A DNA stretch of 64,000 bases from Patescibacteria group bacterium. GTDB taxonomy: Bacteria; Patescibacteriota; Minisyncoccia; Phycocordibacterales; Phycocordibacteraceae. Position 1 is the first letter of the stretch; every line of letters begins with the position of its first letter. The position numbers were made by a program, and so were the translations under genes. Location of the stretch: contig JBBTSO010000001.1 of assembly GCA_038064695.1 (NCBI GenBank), positions 635 to 64,634 on the forward strand. Reading direction: 5' to 3'. Shown one piece after another: positions 38,458 to 46,434 of this stretch. The notes below the pieces were generated by a model that saw only the letters and a program-made list of their open reading frames with translations, had not been told where the DNA came from and ran no database searches.

Positions 38458-39249
38458 ATGCACCTTGTTTCGTGGAACGTAAACGGCATCCGTGCCGTGC
38501 ACAAAAAAGGATTGTTTGTGCCGATGATCGAGAAACTGAAGCCAGACATTCTATGTCTTCAAGAAACCAAAGCTGAACGAAGTCAGAGCGAGGTGGATCT
38601 CTCTGAATACGAAGAGTGCTGGAACTCTGCCGTAAAAAAGGGCTATTCAGGTACTGCCATTTTCACCAAAATAAAACCGGAAGCGGTGTTTTTAGACTTC
38701 CCTAAACATATTGTAAAAAAATACGAACTTAATGACGGGTACGGGGATACCAATAGTGAGGGACGCGTCCTGGTACTTGAGTTTAAAGACTATTACGTGG
38801 CAACGGTCTACACCCCTAACTCTAAAGATGATCTTTCACGCTTAGAGCTTCGTCACAAACACTGGGACCCGGCTTTTTTGGCCTACATGAAAGAGCTGGA
38901 GGCAAAAAAGCCGGTTATATTTTGTGGTGATTTAAATGTAGCCCATACGGAAGACGACCTCGCCAACCCTAAGGGAAACGAGGGTGAACACGGTTTCACC
39001 CGCGAGGAACGTGAAGGGGCTCAAAACATCGTTGACGCCGGTTTCACAGACACATTCAGAATGTTTACACAGGGAAACGGGTTTTATACCTGGTGGAGCC
39101 CTTTTAGACAGGCAAGGAGTAGGAACGTGGGGTGGAGAATTGACTACATTTTCGTTTCAAACAAACTCGCGAAACAGGTTAAGAAGGCAGAGATCCACCC
39201 AGACATTATGGGCAGCGACCACTGTCCGGTCTTAGTGGAACTTAAGTGA
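38458..39249 (+). CDS. xth: exodeoxyribonuclease III
   Basis: WNVNGIRA, LCLQETK, IDYIFVS, GSDHCPV endonuclease/exonuclease/phosphatase motifs. Confidence 0.92.
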   Translation: MHLVSWNVNGIRAVHKKGLFVPMIEKLKPDILCLQETKAERSQSEVDLSEYEECWNSAVKKGYSGTAIFTKIKPEAVFLDFPKHIVKKYELNDGYGDTNSEGRVLVLEFKDYYVATVYTPNSKDDLSRLELRHKHWDPAFLAYMKELEAKKPVIFCGDLNVAHTEDDLANPKGNEGEHGFTREEREGAQNIVDAGFTDTFRMFTQGNGFYTWWSPFRQARSRNVGWRIDYIFVSNKLAKQVKKAEIHPDIMGSDHCPVLVELK

Positions 39250-39268
39250 AGAGTTAGGTAACAAAAAA

Positions 39269-39544
39269 TTAGGGAACTTTTTGTCCGATTCGCGAAATTA
39301 AACTCATTAAAAAAAGTGATGAGAATATTACCCCTACAGAGGGGCCTACGATGAGTGCAAAAACATGATCCTCTTTATCGTCGTCGAATCCTGTTTCAAG
39401 AAAGTTGTATTGTATTAAGAAATAACAACCTATACTAACAAAAACACCGACTAATAAAGAAGCTCCAAACCCTAGCGGACTAATCCCAACTATTTCTCCA
39501 CCTTCAGAACCAAACCCTTCTCTGTGAGTTCTAGAGCGAGACAT
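39269..39544 (-). CDS. hypothetical membrane protein
   Basis: Two TM segments; promoter TTGTAA-N17-TATATT 6 nt upstream of ATG at 39544 on minus strand. Confidence 0.45.
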   Translation of the reverse strand: MSRSRTHREGFGSEGGEIVGISPLGFGASLLVGVFVSIGCYFLIQYNFLETGFDDDKEDHVFALIVGPSVGVIFSSLFLMSLISRIGQKVP

Positions 39545-39751
39545 TATTGAAATATATGCCAACCGAATATGGTTTACAAATCTTTTGAGATTTTAAAGGA
39601 CAAACTGTGAATAAGTGTCCTTTACATGTCTTTTAGACATGTATACTTGTAAAGGACAGTTCTTTCAAGGTAAGGCTTCGCCCGATATACAAGTCCTCAA
39701 CACTATCTAAAACATAAAGCGGCGTCGTATATTAGAACCTTACTTTAACGA

Positions 39752-39785
39752 AAACACTCCTTGGGACTCAAGGAGTGTTTTTTAT
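39752..39785. terminator. strong rho-independent terminator
   Basis: ACACTCCTTG-GGACT-CAAGGAGTGT 10-bp stem followed by TTTTTT. Confidence 0.75.
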
Positions 39786-39961
39786 CTAATTTTTAACTCA
39801 CTATTTGTGCACCGTTCATTTTCGAGCATTTCTTTCCATTCCTCAGCAGAGAGATGCATAAGTTCTTCACCATAAGCAACACGTAAAACGACAGAAAGAA
39901 GACTTATTCCAGCAATCATTCCAACTAGAAAGGCTGGGAAGGTGGCACCACTTTGTTTCAT
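39782..39961 (-). CDS. hypothetical 59-aa membrane protein
   Basis: MKQSGATFPAFLVGMIAGISLLSVVLRVAYGEELMH...; TTGACA-N17-TACACT promoter at about 39997-40025 on minus strand. Confidence 0.35.
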   Translation of the reverse strand: MKQSGATFPAFLVGMIAGISLLSVVLRVAYGEELMHLSAEEWKEMLENERCTNSELKIR

Positions 39962-40046
39962 AATGTGACCAAGTTTAGAAATAAGATATTTAGTGTAAAC
40001 TAATATAACAAATTGTCAAGCGTTTTAGGTTATTGGCGAGAAGCGA

Positions 40047-41513
40047 TCAATCTACATGATGTTTGGCACGAATGGCTGAAACTGCTTCCTCCTCTTCCCT
40101 CTCGCGCGCATCTTTGCCACTCTCCCCTAATTTCTTCAGTTCGTCATCGGGTAGATCTGCGAGCGTGCGTGCGCGGTCGTGGAGAAATTCTTTAGTATTT
40201 TTTTTCGGATCCTCCAAAACATCTTCAAGAAGCGCATGGAGTGTCCAACCAATACGAGGCCCTGGTTTCATTCCGAGACTCTCCATTAAAAATGTTCCGT
40301 CAACGGCAAGCATTTTCACCGAAATGGGGTCGCGGAGCGCTTCCTCCACCATTGATTTATATTTTCTAAAACGGAACGGCTGCTCTTTTGGTCTCCCCGT
40401 ACCGATGCGATCACAAATACGAAGATTTAGTAAGTCCCAAATGTTTTCTTCACCCACATTTACGATCATGCGCCGCACCGCCGAGAGTGTAATTTGATCC
40501 GGGTCTGAGAAAAACATGTGCCACCGAACAAGATTCACCACCTTCTCAGAAAAATCTTTCGGAAATCTAAGGTCGGCAAGAATTTTTTTTGCCACTTTTG
40601 AACCAACGACATCGTGGCCATAGAACGTCCAATCTTTCTTTTCATCACTCCACCGACGGGTTTCCGGTTTTGAAATATCGTGGAGCAGTGCCGCAACGCG
40701 AATGATGAGCGGCCACTCTTTATCGGCACCATGCTGCATCGCGCGCACGTTGTGTTCAAACACGTCAAACGAATGGGCTTGGTTTTGTTCTACCCCAATC
40801 CCCCGCTCCAAGTCCGGCATGATGTATTTTAAAAGTCCGAGCCGTTGCGCGATACACAATGCCTGCATTGGCGTCGCGGTTTCTACCGTGCGAATAAGTT
40901 CGTCCCGAATGCGTTCTTTTGAAATACGGCTTAAATTGTCGGCATTTTCAAGAATCGCGGAAGCGGTTTCAGTTTCTATGGCAAAACCCAACTCTGCCGA
41001 GAGCCGCACGGCGCGCATCATGCGAAGCGCGTCTTCTTGGAAACGCTTGCGCGCGTCCCCTACCGCACGAAGTGTTTTTTTCTTTAAATCCTCCTGTCCG
41101 CTATGCTCGTCCACAAGGCTTTCATCCTTCAAACGATACGCAAGGGCGTTTACGGTAAAATCTCTCCGCTCAAGGTCATCTCGGAGTGTTTTAGCCCACA
41201 CTACTTCGTCAGGTCTGCGTGCGTCCGAGTACTTTCCCTCCATACGGAACGGCGTTACCTCAACTACCGCAAGTTTTTGATCCTCTGAATTTGTCTTTAC
41301 CCCTACCGTACCAAAATCATTTTCATAGAAAGAATCAGGAAACACGGTTTGTATCTGCTCTGGCGTAGCGTTAGTGGTGAAGTCCCAATCTTTGGGCAAC
41401 TTGCCCAGTAGTAGGTCACGTACGCACCCACCCACTAAGTAGGCTTCATACCCCGCTTCTTCAAGTTTTTCAGAAACAACACGCACTTCGTTCGGTACAC
41501 TTCCGATTTTCAT
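40047..41513 (-). CDS. cca: CCA-adding tRNA nucleotidyltransferase with HD domain
   Basis: GGCVRDLLLG polymerase-beta-like motif; HD region LLHDISK; start taken at ATG 41513. Confidence 0.85.
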   Translation of the reverse strand: MKIGSVPNEVRVVSEKLEEAGYEAYLVGGCVRDLLLGKLPKDWDFTTNATPEQIQTVFPDSFYENDFGTVGVKTNSEDQKLAVVEVTPFRMEGKYSDARRPDEVVWAKTLRDDLERRDFTVNALAYRLKDESLVDEHSGQEDLKKKTLRAVGDARKRFQEDALRMMRAVRLSAELGFAIETETASAILENADNLSRISKERIRDELIRTVETATPMQALCIAQRLGLLKYIMPDLERGIGVEQNQAHSFDVFEHNVRAMQHGADKEWPLIIRVAALLHDISKPETRRWSDEKKDWTFYGHDVVGSKVAKKILADLRFPKDFSEKVVNLVRWHMFFSDPDQITLSAVRRMIVNVGEENIWDLLNLRICDRIGTGRPKEQPFRFRKYKSMVEEALRDPISVKMLAVDGTFLMESLGMKPGPRIGWTLHALLEDVLEDPKKNTKEFLHDRARTLADLPDDELKKLGESGKDAREREEEEAVSAIRAKHHVD

Positions 41514-41541
41514 TATGTTTATTGTGCCACGATTATTTTTG

Positions 41542-41613
41542 TGCACCTGCCAGGATTCGAACCCAGAATGGCTGTTCCGAAGACAGCAGTGATATCCATT
41601 TCACCACAGGTGC
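41542..41613 (-). tRNA. tRNA-Arg (anticodon TCG); CCA not encoded
   Basis: Cloverleaf: acceptor GCACCTG/CAGGTGC, anticodon arm GCTGT-CTTCGGA-ACAGC, T-arm CTGGG-TTCGAAT-CCTGG. Confidence 0.85.
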
Positions 41614-41718
41614 ATGATCCGTAACACTTCTATCCTACGCTAGAAAAGTATAAAAGAAAATGATTTTGGTAAAAAAATATAGATTTTTAGCGCGGAAGTG
41701 TGATATAAATAGGCAATC

Positions 41719-41789
41719 GCGGCCATGGTTAAGTGGTATAATGAGTCCTTGCCAAGGATTAGTCGGGAGTTCGATTCTCCCTGGCCGCA
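41719..41789 (+). tRNA. tRNA-Gly (anticodon GCC); CCA not encoded
   Basis: Acceptor GCGGCCA/TGGCCGC, anticodon arm AGTCC-TTGCCAA-GGATT, T-arm GGGAG-TTCGATT-CTCCC; TGaTATAAA extended -10 upstream. Confidence 0.85.
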
Positions 41790-41804
41790 CAAAGTTTAAA
41801 TGTA

Positions 41805-41838
41805 GAAAAAGAGCACAATTTTCAGTGCTCTTTTTTAT
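41805..41838 (+). terminator. rho-independent terminator after tRNA-Gly(GCC)
   Basis: AAGAGCAC-aattttca-GTGCTCTT then TTTTT. Confidence 0.65.
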
Positions 41839-41850
41839 ATTTTATTAACT

Positions 41851-41880
41851 ATTTCACATGAAATGCGTTTCACGTGAAAC
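41851..41880. repeat. two adjacent copies of GTTTCA-NN-TGAAAC palindrome family
   Basis: ATTTCACATGAAAT (41851-64) and perfect GTTTCACGTGAAAC (41867-80); more copies at 42016, 42199, 42305. Confidence 0.7.
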
Positions 41881-42033
41881 ATATTTATATGATAAACATA
41901 GGTGGATAACTATGTGGCCTTTGTGAATAAAGGACATAGAATGGTCTTATATAAAAAGTCGTCTTTAATAAAAATGGCTATAAATAAGGATATTCTGTAA
42001 TGGTCAAAAATTTTAATTTCACGTGAAACACAT

Positions 42034-42411
42034 ATGGCCATTCACAATGAGATAGGGGCTTCGGGTGAAAATATAGCGGAAAAATTTTTAAAATCCAAAG
42101 GTTTAGAGATTATCTGTAGAAACTATAGAAAGCCATACGGAGAAATTGATATCGTTGCACGTGAAAACGGAGTAATTCGTTTTGTAGAAGTAAAAACCGT
42201 TTCATATGAAACAGATAGAAAGCTTTCTGATGGAATACGCCCTGAGGAAAATATGCACCCTCAAAAAGTAAAGCGTTTACAGAGAGTCGTCCAATCCTAC
42301 GTATTTTCACATGAAACGGGTGAGTGGGTTTTTGACTTATTTTGTGTCTATATTGATCAAAAAACACGCTCTGCGCGCGTTAAATGGATAAAGGACATTG
42401 TTTTAGGATAG
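42034..42411 (+). CDS. yraN: YraN/UPF0102 family endonuclease-like protein
   Basis: GEIDIVARENGVIRFVEVK core matches YraN (GEIDLI...FVEVR). Confidence 0.8.
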   Translation: MAIHNEIGASGENIAEKFLKSKGLEIICRNYRKPYGEIDIVARENGVIRFVEVKTVSYETDRKLSDGIRPEENMHPQKVKRLQRVVQSYVFSHETGEWVFDLFCVYIDQKTRSARVKWIKDIVLG

Positions 42412-42896
42412 TTGTCCTTTAGAAAAAGGTAACAGCTTAGAGCTTAATCTACTTTTTCGTAACGATCACCTTTCAATACAAATTTGCTACTGGGAAAATA
42501 CATTGTCGGAGATAAGGTTGCCGGAATTAATAAAAGAATGAACAAACCGAAGGGACTGGTTATTGCCTCGCTTATGTCGTTCATTTTTTCGCCGAGATTG
42601 CTTAATAGTTCGCTCATATTTGTGTTTGTTCGATTGCTGCTTGTTATATAGTTTATATAACATTTTTAACACAAATTGTCAATTTTTAAGCACGGATAAA
42701 GAACTCTTTAGCTTTTTAAATACTGAAAATTATTTTACACATAATCGGAGTGCAGGGAAGTGGCACTAACGTGTCCACACATCGGTCAAGCGCTCGCTCG
42801 TCGCCGTCGCTCCTCACTCCGCCTGACCACACTCGCATCGTCCCACCTGCTGGTGGGTCCCGCGCCGCTCACCTTCGATTCCCTGACACCCGTACA

Positions 42897-42934
42897 AGAA
42901 AACCCAGAGAATGCTTCGCATTCTCTGGGTTTAT
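42897..42934. terminator. rho-independent terminator downstream of tRNA-Pro
   Basis: CCCAGAGAATGC-ttc-GCATTCTCTGGG 12-bp stem with flanking A and T runs. Confidence 0.7.
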
Positions 42935-42940
42935 CTGTAG

Positions 42941-43011
42941 TCGGGGTGCAGGGAATCGAACCCTGTCTACTTGATCCCAAATCAAGCGTACTACCGGTAT
43001 ACGACACCCCG
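42941..43011 (-). tRNA. tRNA-Pro (anticodon TGG); CCA not encoded
   Basis: C1:G72 acceptor CGGGGTG/CACCCCG, anticodon arm CTTGA-TTTGGGA-TCAAG, T-arm CAGGG-TTCGATT-CCCTG. Confidence 0.85.
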
Positions 43012-43125
43012 TAGAGAGGAAGAGAGTGGAAGTTTACTTACACCCTTTCCGAACGCCCGGGGTGCAAGCTATGCTTACACCCCGAGAATTATTAGAGAAT
43101 ACCATAAAATCGTTAAAAAATAACG

Positions 43126-43869
43126 TTAGACGCCTGTTTCTGGAAGCGAATTCCACAATGCTAAAAAGATACTGATTTGAGTTTTAACGATATCCTCATT
43201 TTCAATGGATACAGCCGTGATCGGATGAGTAAGTGAGTGGGTCACATACCGCTGCGGAGTGATGATTACGTCGGAAGAAAACGCGCTGAGCGAGGGTAGC
43301 AATTTAACCTTTTGATTCATGACACTCTGCAAGACTACATTGCGCCTTGCTTTCTTTGAATCTTGAAAAACAATACGCGTATCGAGTGCTCTTTTTGCTC
43401 GTCGTTCAACAAAATCCTCGAACCACACTTCGTCGAGTTCATACCAGTGTTCCTGTTTTGAAATAATGTAATACGGGTCACCTGAACGAAGTTCGCGCAG
43501 AATGGTTTCGTAAAGAGACTTTAAACCATCTAAACCTTCGTAGTACTTCACTAAACCCCCTTTGCCTTTTAATTTATACAACCCTAACAAGTCGGGAAGT
43601 AGGTCGTAATACGTTGTCCTGAGAGAATTGACCACATCTTCAAAATGTTCGGGGTTTGCGGCGACAAATTTTCTTTTAAGTCCCACGTAATCAACGTGCA
43701 TAAATCCTTTTTCCACTAATTGTTCAATCGTGAGGTACACGGTGGCTCGCTTGATGTTTGCCTCTTTTGCAATGTCGAGTGCAGACGACGGTCCAAGCGT
43801 GAGCGCCGCAAGATAAACGCGAGACTCGTGGTTAGATAAACCAAACACCTTTAGTTTATTTTCAAGCAT
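43126..43869 (-). CDS. TrmB family HTH transcriptional regulator
   Basis: N-terminal FGLSNHESRVYLAALTLGPSSALDIAKEANIKRATVYLTIEQLVEKGF winged helix typical of TrmB. Confidence 0.75.
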   Translation of the reverse strand: MLENKLKVFGLSNHESRVYLAALTLGPSSALDIAKEANIKRATVYLTIEQLVEKGFMHVDYVGLKRKFVAANPEHFEDVVNSLRTTYYDLLPDLLGLYKLKGKGGLVKYYEGLDGLKSLYETILRELRSGDPYYIISKQEHWYELDEVWFEDFVERRAKRALDTRIVFQDSKKARRNVVLQSVMNQKVKLLPSLSAFSSDVIITPQRYVTHSLTHPITAVSIENEDIVKTQISIFLALWNSLPETGV

Positions 43870-43986
43870 AAATGTCAATTTTTTAAGACATTTTTATTAT
43901 ATATAAAATAACACTTTTTTACAAATTTCTAATAAAAAAATAACAAATATGACATATTTATGAAATAAAAATACAATGTAGTCAAT

Positions 43987-44682
43987 ATGAAAGAATACAA
44001 AGTATTAGGAATTATTACGATTCTGTACGTAGTATTTCAACTTGTTGCGGATGTTACTGCTGGAAAAATTATTCAACTCGGGATATTCACCGTATCCGCT
44101 ACGGCACTTTACTTTCCTTTTACGTACATTTTTGGAGACATCCTCACTGAGGTGTACGGATTTGCAAAAGCACGGAAGGTACTCTGGCAAGTGCTTGGCG
44201 CATCGGTGTTAGCGGGAATTATCTACCAAGTGGTAGTGCTTCTCCCTGCCGCTCCAGGATTTGAGGGGAGTGATGCGTATACACGCGTACTTGGGTCAGT
44301 GCCCCGTATTTTAGTTGGTGGGTGGCTTGCAGTATTCGTTGGCGCGTACCTGAACGATGTGATTATGGCGAAAATGAAAGTGCTCACTAATGGTAAACAT
44401 TTTGGTGCACGCGCTATTCTCTCAACTGTGGTGGGTGAGGGCGCGAACACTTCAATTTTTTATATGGTTGCACTTTTTGGTATTTTGCCGCATTCCATTC
44501 TGATTGCCTCAATTCTTTCGGGTTGGTTTTTGAAAGTTGCCGTAGAGGTGTTGATGGTTCCCGTTACTGCTCGTGTCGTTCACTACATAAAACGTATTGA
44601 ACAAGAAGATTATTACGACAAACAAACAAACTTTACTCCATTCTCTTTTGATGAAGCAACTACTGTTCCAGCACGGTTATAA
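43987..44682 (+). CDS. yhhQ: queuosine precursor (preQ0/preQ1) transporter, YhhQ/DUF165 family
   Basis: PFTYIFGDILTEVYG and polytopic topology resemble YhhQ; promoter ATGACA-N17-TACAAT 9 nt before ATG. Confidence 0.65.
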   Translation: MKEYKVLGIITILYVVFQLVADVTAGKIIQLGIFTVSATALYFPFTYIFGDILTEVYGFAKARKVLWQVLGASVLAGIIYQVVVLLPAAPGFEGSDAYTRVLGSVPRILVGGWLAVFVGAYLNDVIMAKMKVLTNGKHFGARAILSTVVGEGANTSIFYMVALFGILPHSILIASILSGWFLKVAVEVLMVPVTARVVHYIKRIEQEDYYDKQTNFTPFSFDEATTVPARL

Positions 44683-45835
44683 GCGCGGATGAGAGGGTGG
44701 GGGCAGTGGAAAGTGCAAACCGTTCTTGCTCCTCCTTAAGGCTCATCCCGAGATATGAAGCGAGCGGAAGGCCGCGCTCTGCTTCAAAGTCGCGAATAAT
44801 GTATTCGGTGGAAAGGGCACGGAGGTCACGACTCCCTGTGTCGGGAGCATCTGAAGAAGTGGTAATGAGCCCCAAGAGGGCAGCTCCGTTTGGGCTTGTG
44901 CTGTTCGCTTGAGCCGCCGCGCCACCACTTGACCCCTGTTGGGCAACAATGGATCCCCCGATTGAAAATAAATCAACGGTGTTGGTATCAAACGTATACA
45001 CTTGCCCCACACTTGCGTTTGCTGAAGCCGCGTAGAGTTCTTTTGTAATAGTAATGCCTCCCAAAAAACCAGCGGGGTACCCTGCAAGCAATACGGGTGT
45101 TCCTATGAGTGGCGCATCAAGCACAAGAGGGAGGTAGGGGAGTGCCGCGGGAACGGAATGCGAACCAACGGCCCCGGTGATACGCAGGAGTGCGTAGTCG
45201 TGTTCCCCATTCCCCGTGGGAGTTTCATCATCAATTTTGTGAGCATTTTTTGCAATCCACGAGGGGGGAAGGAACAAGAGTTCAGCTTTATAGGTCGCGG
45301 TCGCAGGACTTCCTGTTCGGAGTACACAATCTACAAAACCAGGCGAGGGGTAGTCTTTAAGAAGGTAGTACTGCGCCACGTGCGCGTTCGTGAGCACCAC
45401 ACCACGAGGATCAATGATAACTCCTGAGGCACTGATAGGGCTGAGCGTGCCCGCGCTTGCGGTGGTACATAGTATGTTCACGAGCGCGCTGCGTACTTTT
45501 TCGTTTAGTCCAAGCGGCGCTTCGGTCGGGGTTTGTTGTTCACGCTGAATACGCGCGAGTTCAAGGAGCGCCTGCTCTAATGATGCTTCATAATTTTCAA
45601 TTACTGTTTGTGATTTTTCTGATTCTTGTGAAGGAGAAGGCGTGGAAACGTCACGTTCTGACGTCTGTTCTTCTAATTCAGAGGTGAGGGGGGTGGTGTG
45701 AGGGACTGCAGTAACAGGGGTCGGCACTTTTACATCAGGGGCAACCGCATGGGAGGGGATGAGTCCAAAAAAAACTAAAATGCCCCCTAGAAGGGAGACT
45801 CCGAACAAAATTGCCTCTTTGAGAAAAACAAACAT
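44660..45835 (-). CDS. trypsin-like (S1) serine protease, membrane-anchored
   Basis: Catalytic His in VVLTNAHV, Ser in QQGSSGGAA; N-terminal TM. Confidence 0.75.
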   Translation of the reverse strand: MFVFLKEAILFGVSLLGGILVFFGLIPSHAVAPDVKVPTPVTAVPHTTPLTSELEEQTSERDVSTPSPSQESEKSQTVIENYEASLEQALLELARIQREQQTPTEAPLGLNEKVRSALVNILCTTASAGTLSPISASGVIIDPRGVVLTNAHVAQYYLLKDYPSPGFVDCVLRTGSPATATYKAELLFLPPSWIAKNAHKIDDETPTGNGEHDYALLRITGAVGSHSVPAALPYLPLVLDAPLIGTPVLLAGYPAGFLGGITITKELYAASANASVGQVYTFDTNTVDLFSIGGSIVAQQGSSGGAAAQANSTSPNGAALLGLITTSSDAPDTGSRDLRALSTEYIIRDFEAERGLPLASYLGMSLKEEQERFALSTAPTLSSALITVLEQ

Positions 45836-45999
45836 GAAGTTAGTATAACGTTCCCTTGGAAAAAATGTTGGTATTGTTTTCTATAAGTCTATGCTACTGT
45901 AAATAGGTTCTTGGCTCTGCTCTAAGCATTGCTCAAGTCCAATTAGTAGCAATGCCTGTCTATAATGACAGGCGTTTGTTCTTAAAAAAAATAACTACT

Positions 46000-46098
46000 A
46001 TGTCAGACGACACAATGATGCCAGCAGGCGATATGCCAGCTACTGAAGCTCCAGCTGAAGGTGAGGTAATGCCAGCGGAAGAATCTCCGATAGCATAA
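46000..46098 (+). CDS. tiny 32-aa Pro/Ala/Glu-rich peptide ORF (speculative)
   Basis: MSDDTMMPAGDMPATEAPAEGEVMPAEESPIA; TATAAT at 45961-66; followed by terminator. Confidence 0.2.
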   Translation: MSDDTMMPAGDMPATEAPAEGEVMPAEESPIA

Positions 46099-46106
46099 AT
46101 TATCAT

Positions 46107-46140
46107 TAAAAATCCCCGTCACTCTGGCGGGGATTTTTAA
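46107..46140 (+). terminator. rho-independent terminator
   Basis: ATCCCCG-tcactctgg-CGGGGAT then TTTTAA. Confidence 0.55.
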
Positions 46141-46162
46141 TTTAAGGTATTCTAAGAAAACT

Positions 46163-46233
46163 GCGGAATTAGTTTAATGGTAGAACATCAGTTTTCCAAA
46201 CTGATAGCAAGGGTTCGATTCCCTTATTCCGCA
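46163..46233 (+). tRNA. tRNA-Gly (anticodon TCC); CCA not encoded
   Basis: Acceptor GCGGAAT/ATTCCGC, anticodon arm TCAGT-TTTCCAA-ACTGA, T-arm AAGGG-TTCGATT-CCCTT. Confidence 0.88.
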
Positions 46234-46240
46234 CAAAAGA

Positions 46241-46272
46241 AAGAAAACATAAACTGCTTTATGTTTTCTATT
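46241..46272 (+). terminator. rho-independent terminator after tRNA-Gly(TCC)
   Basis: GAAAACATAAA-ctgc-TTTATGTTTTC perfect hairpin. Confidence 0.65.
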
Positions 46273-46416
46273 ACTTTTGTGGACCGGAGGCATATTTTGC
46301 TGTTGCAAAATAGCCGAGGTGGGGTCGAGCGCACTTAGTATTTTGCGAGAGTCCGCAGCAAAATACTTAGTGACGGGTGACCAAAACGAGGTAAAAAACG
46401 AGGCCGGCAATTGGGA

Positions 46417-46434
46417 CGATTCCCTTATTCCGCA
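46417..46434 (+). repeat. direct repeat of the 3' end of tRNA-Gly(TCC) (19 nt including following C)
   Basis: CGATTCCCTTATTCCGCAC identical to 46216-46234; a third 12-nt copy CTTATTCCGCAC at 46500-46511. Confidence 0.8.

Noticed and set aside
41902-41910. Replication origin based on a DnaA-box-like GTGGATAAC
   Set aside because: This is a single 8/9 match with no cluster of boxes, no dnaA gene and no AT-rich unwinding element pattern.
42751-42896. Identification of the GC-rich element as SRP (4.5S) RNA
   Set aside because: On the minus strand GGUCAGGCGGAGUGAGGAGC loosely resembles the helix-8 region GGUCAGGUCCGGAAGGAAGCAGC. But the GNRA tetraloop and the symmetric loop cannot be built convincingly, so it is left as an unassigned structured element.
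42487-43014. ORFs 42487..42672, 42750..42974, 42760..43014, 42786..43007
   Set aside because: They overlap tRNA-Pro, its terminator and the GC-rich non-coding element, and have low-complexity Arg/Ser/Pro composition typical of GC-rich noise. A different-frame 57-aa minus-strand ORF (42445..42615, MSELLSNLGEKMNDISEAITSPFGLFILLLIPATL...) is more protein-like, but support was too weak to list.
43880-43986. preQ1 riboswitch upstream of the yhhQ-like transporter
   Set aside because: No stem-loop followed by an A-rich ...AAAAAACUAA tail is present. The -10 box lies 9 nt from the ATG, leaving no room for an aptamer.
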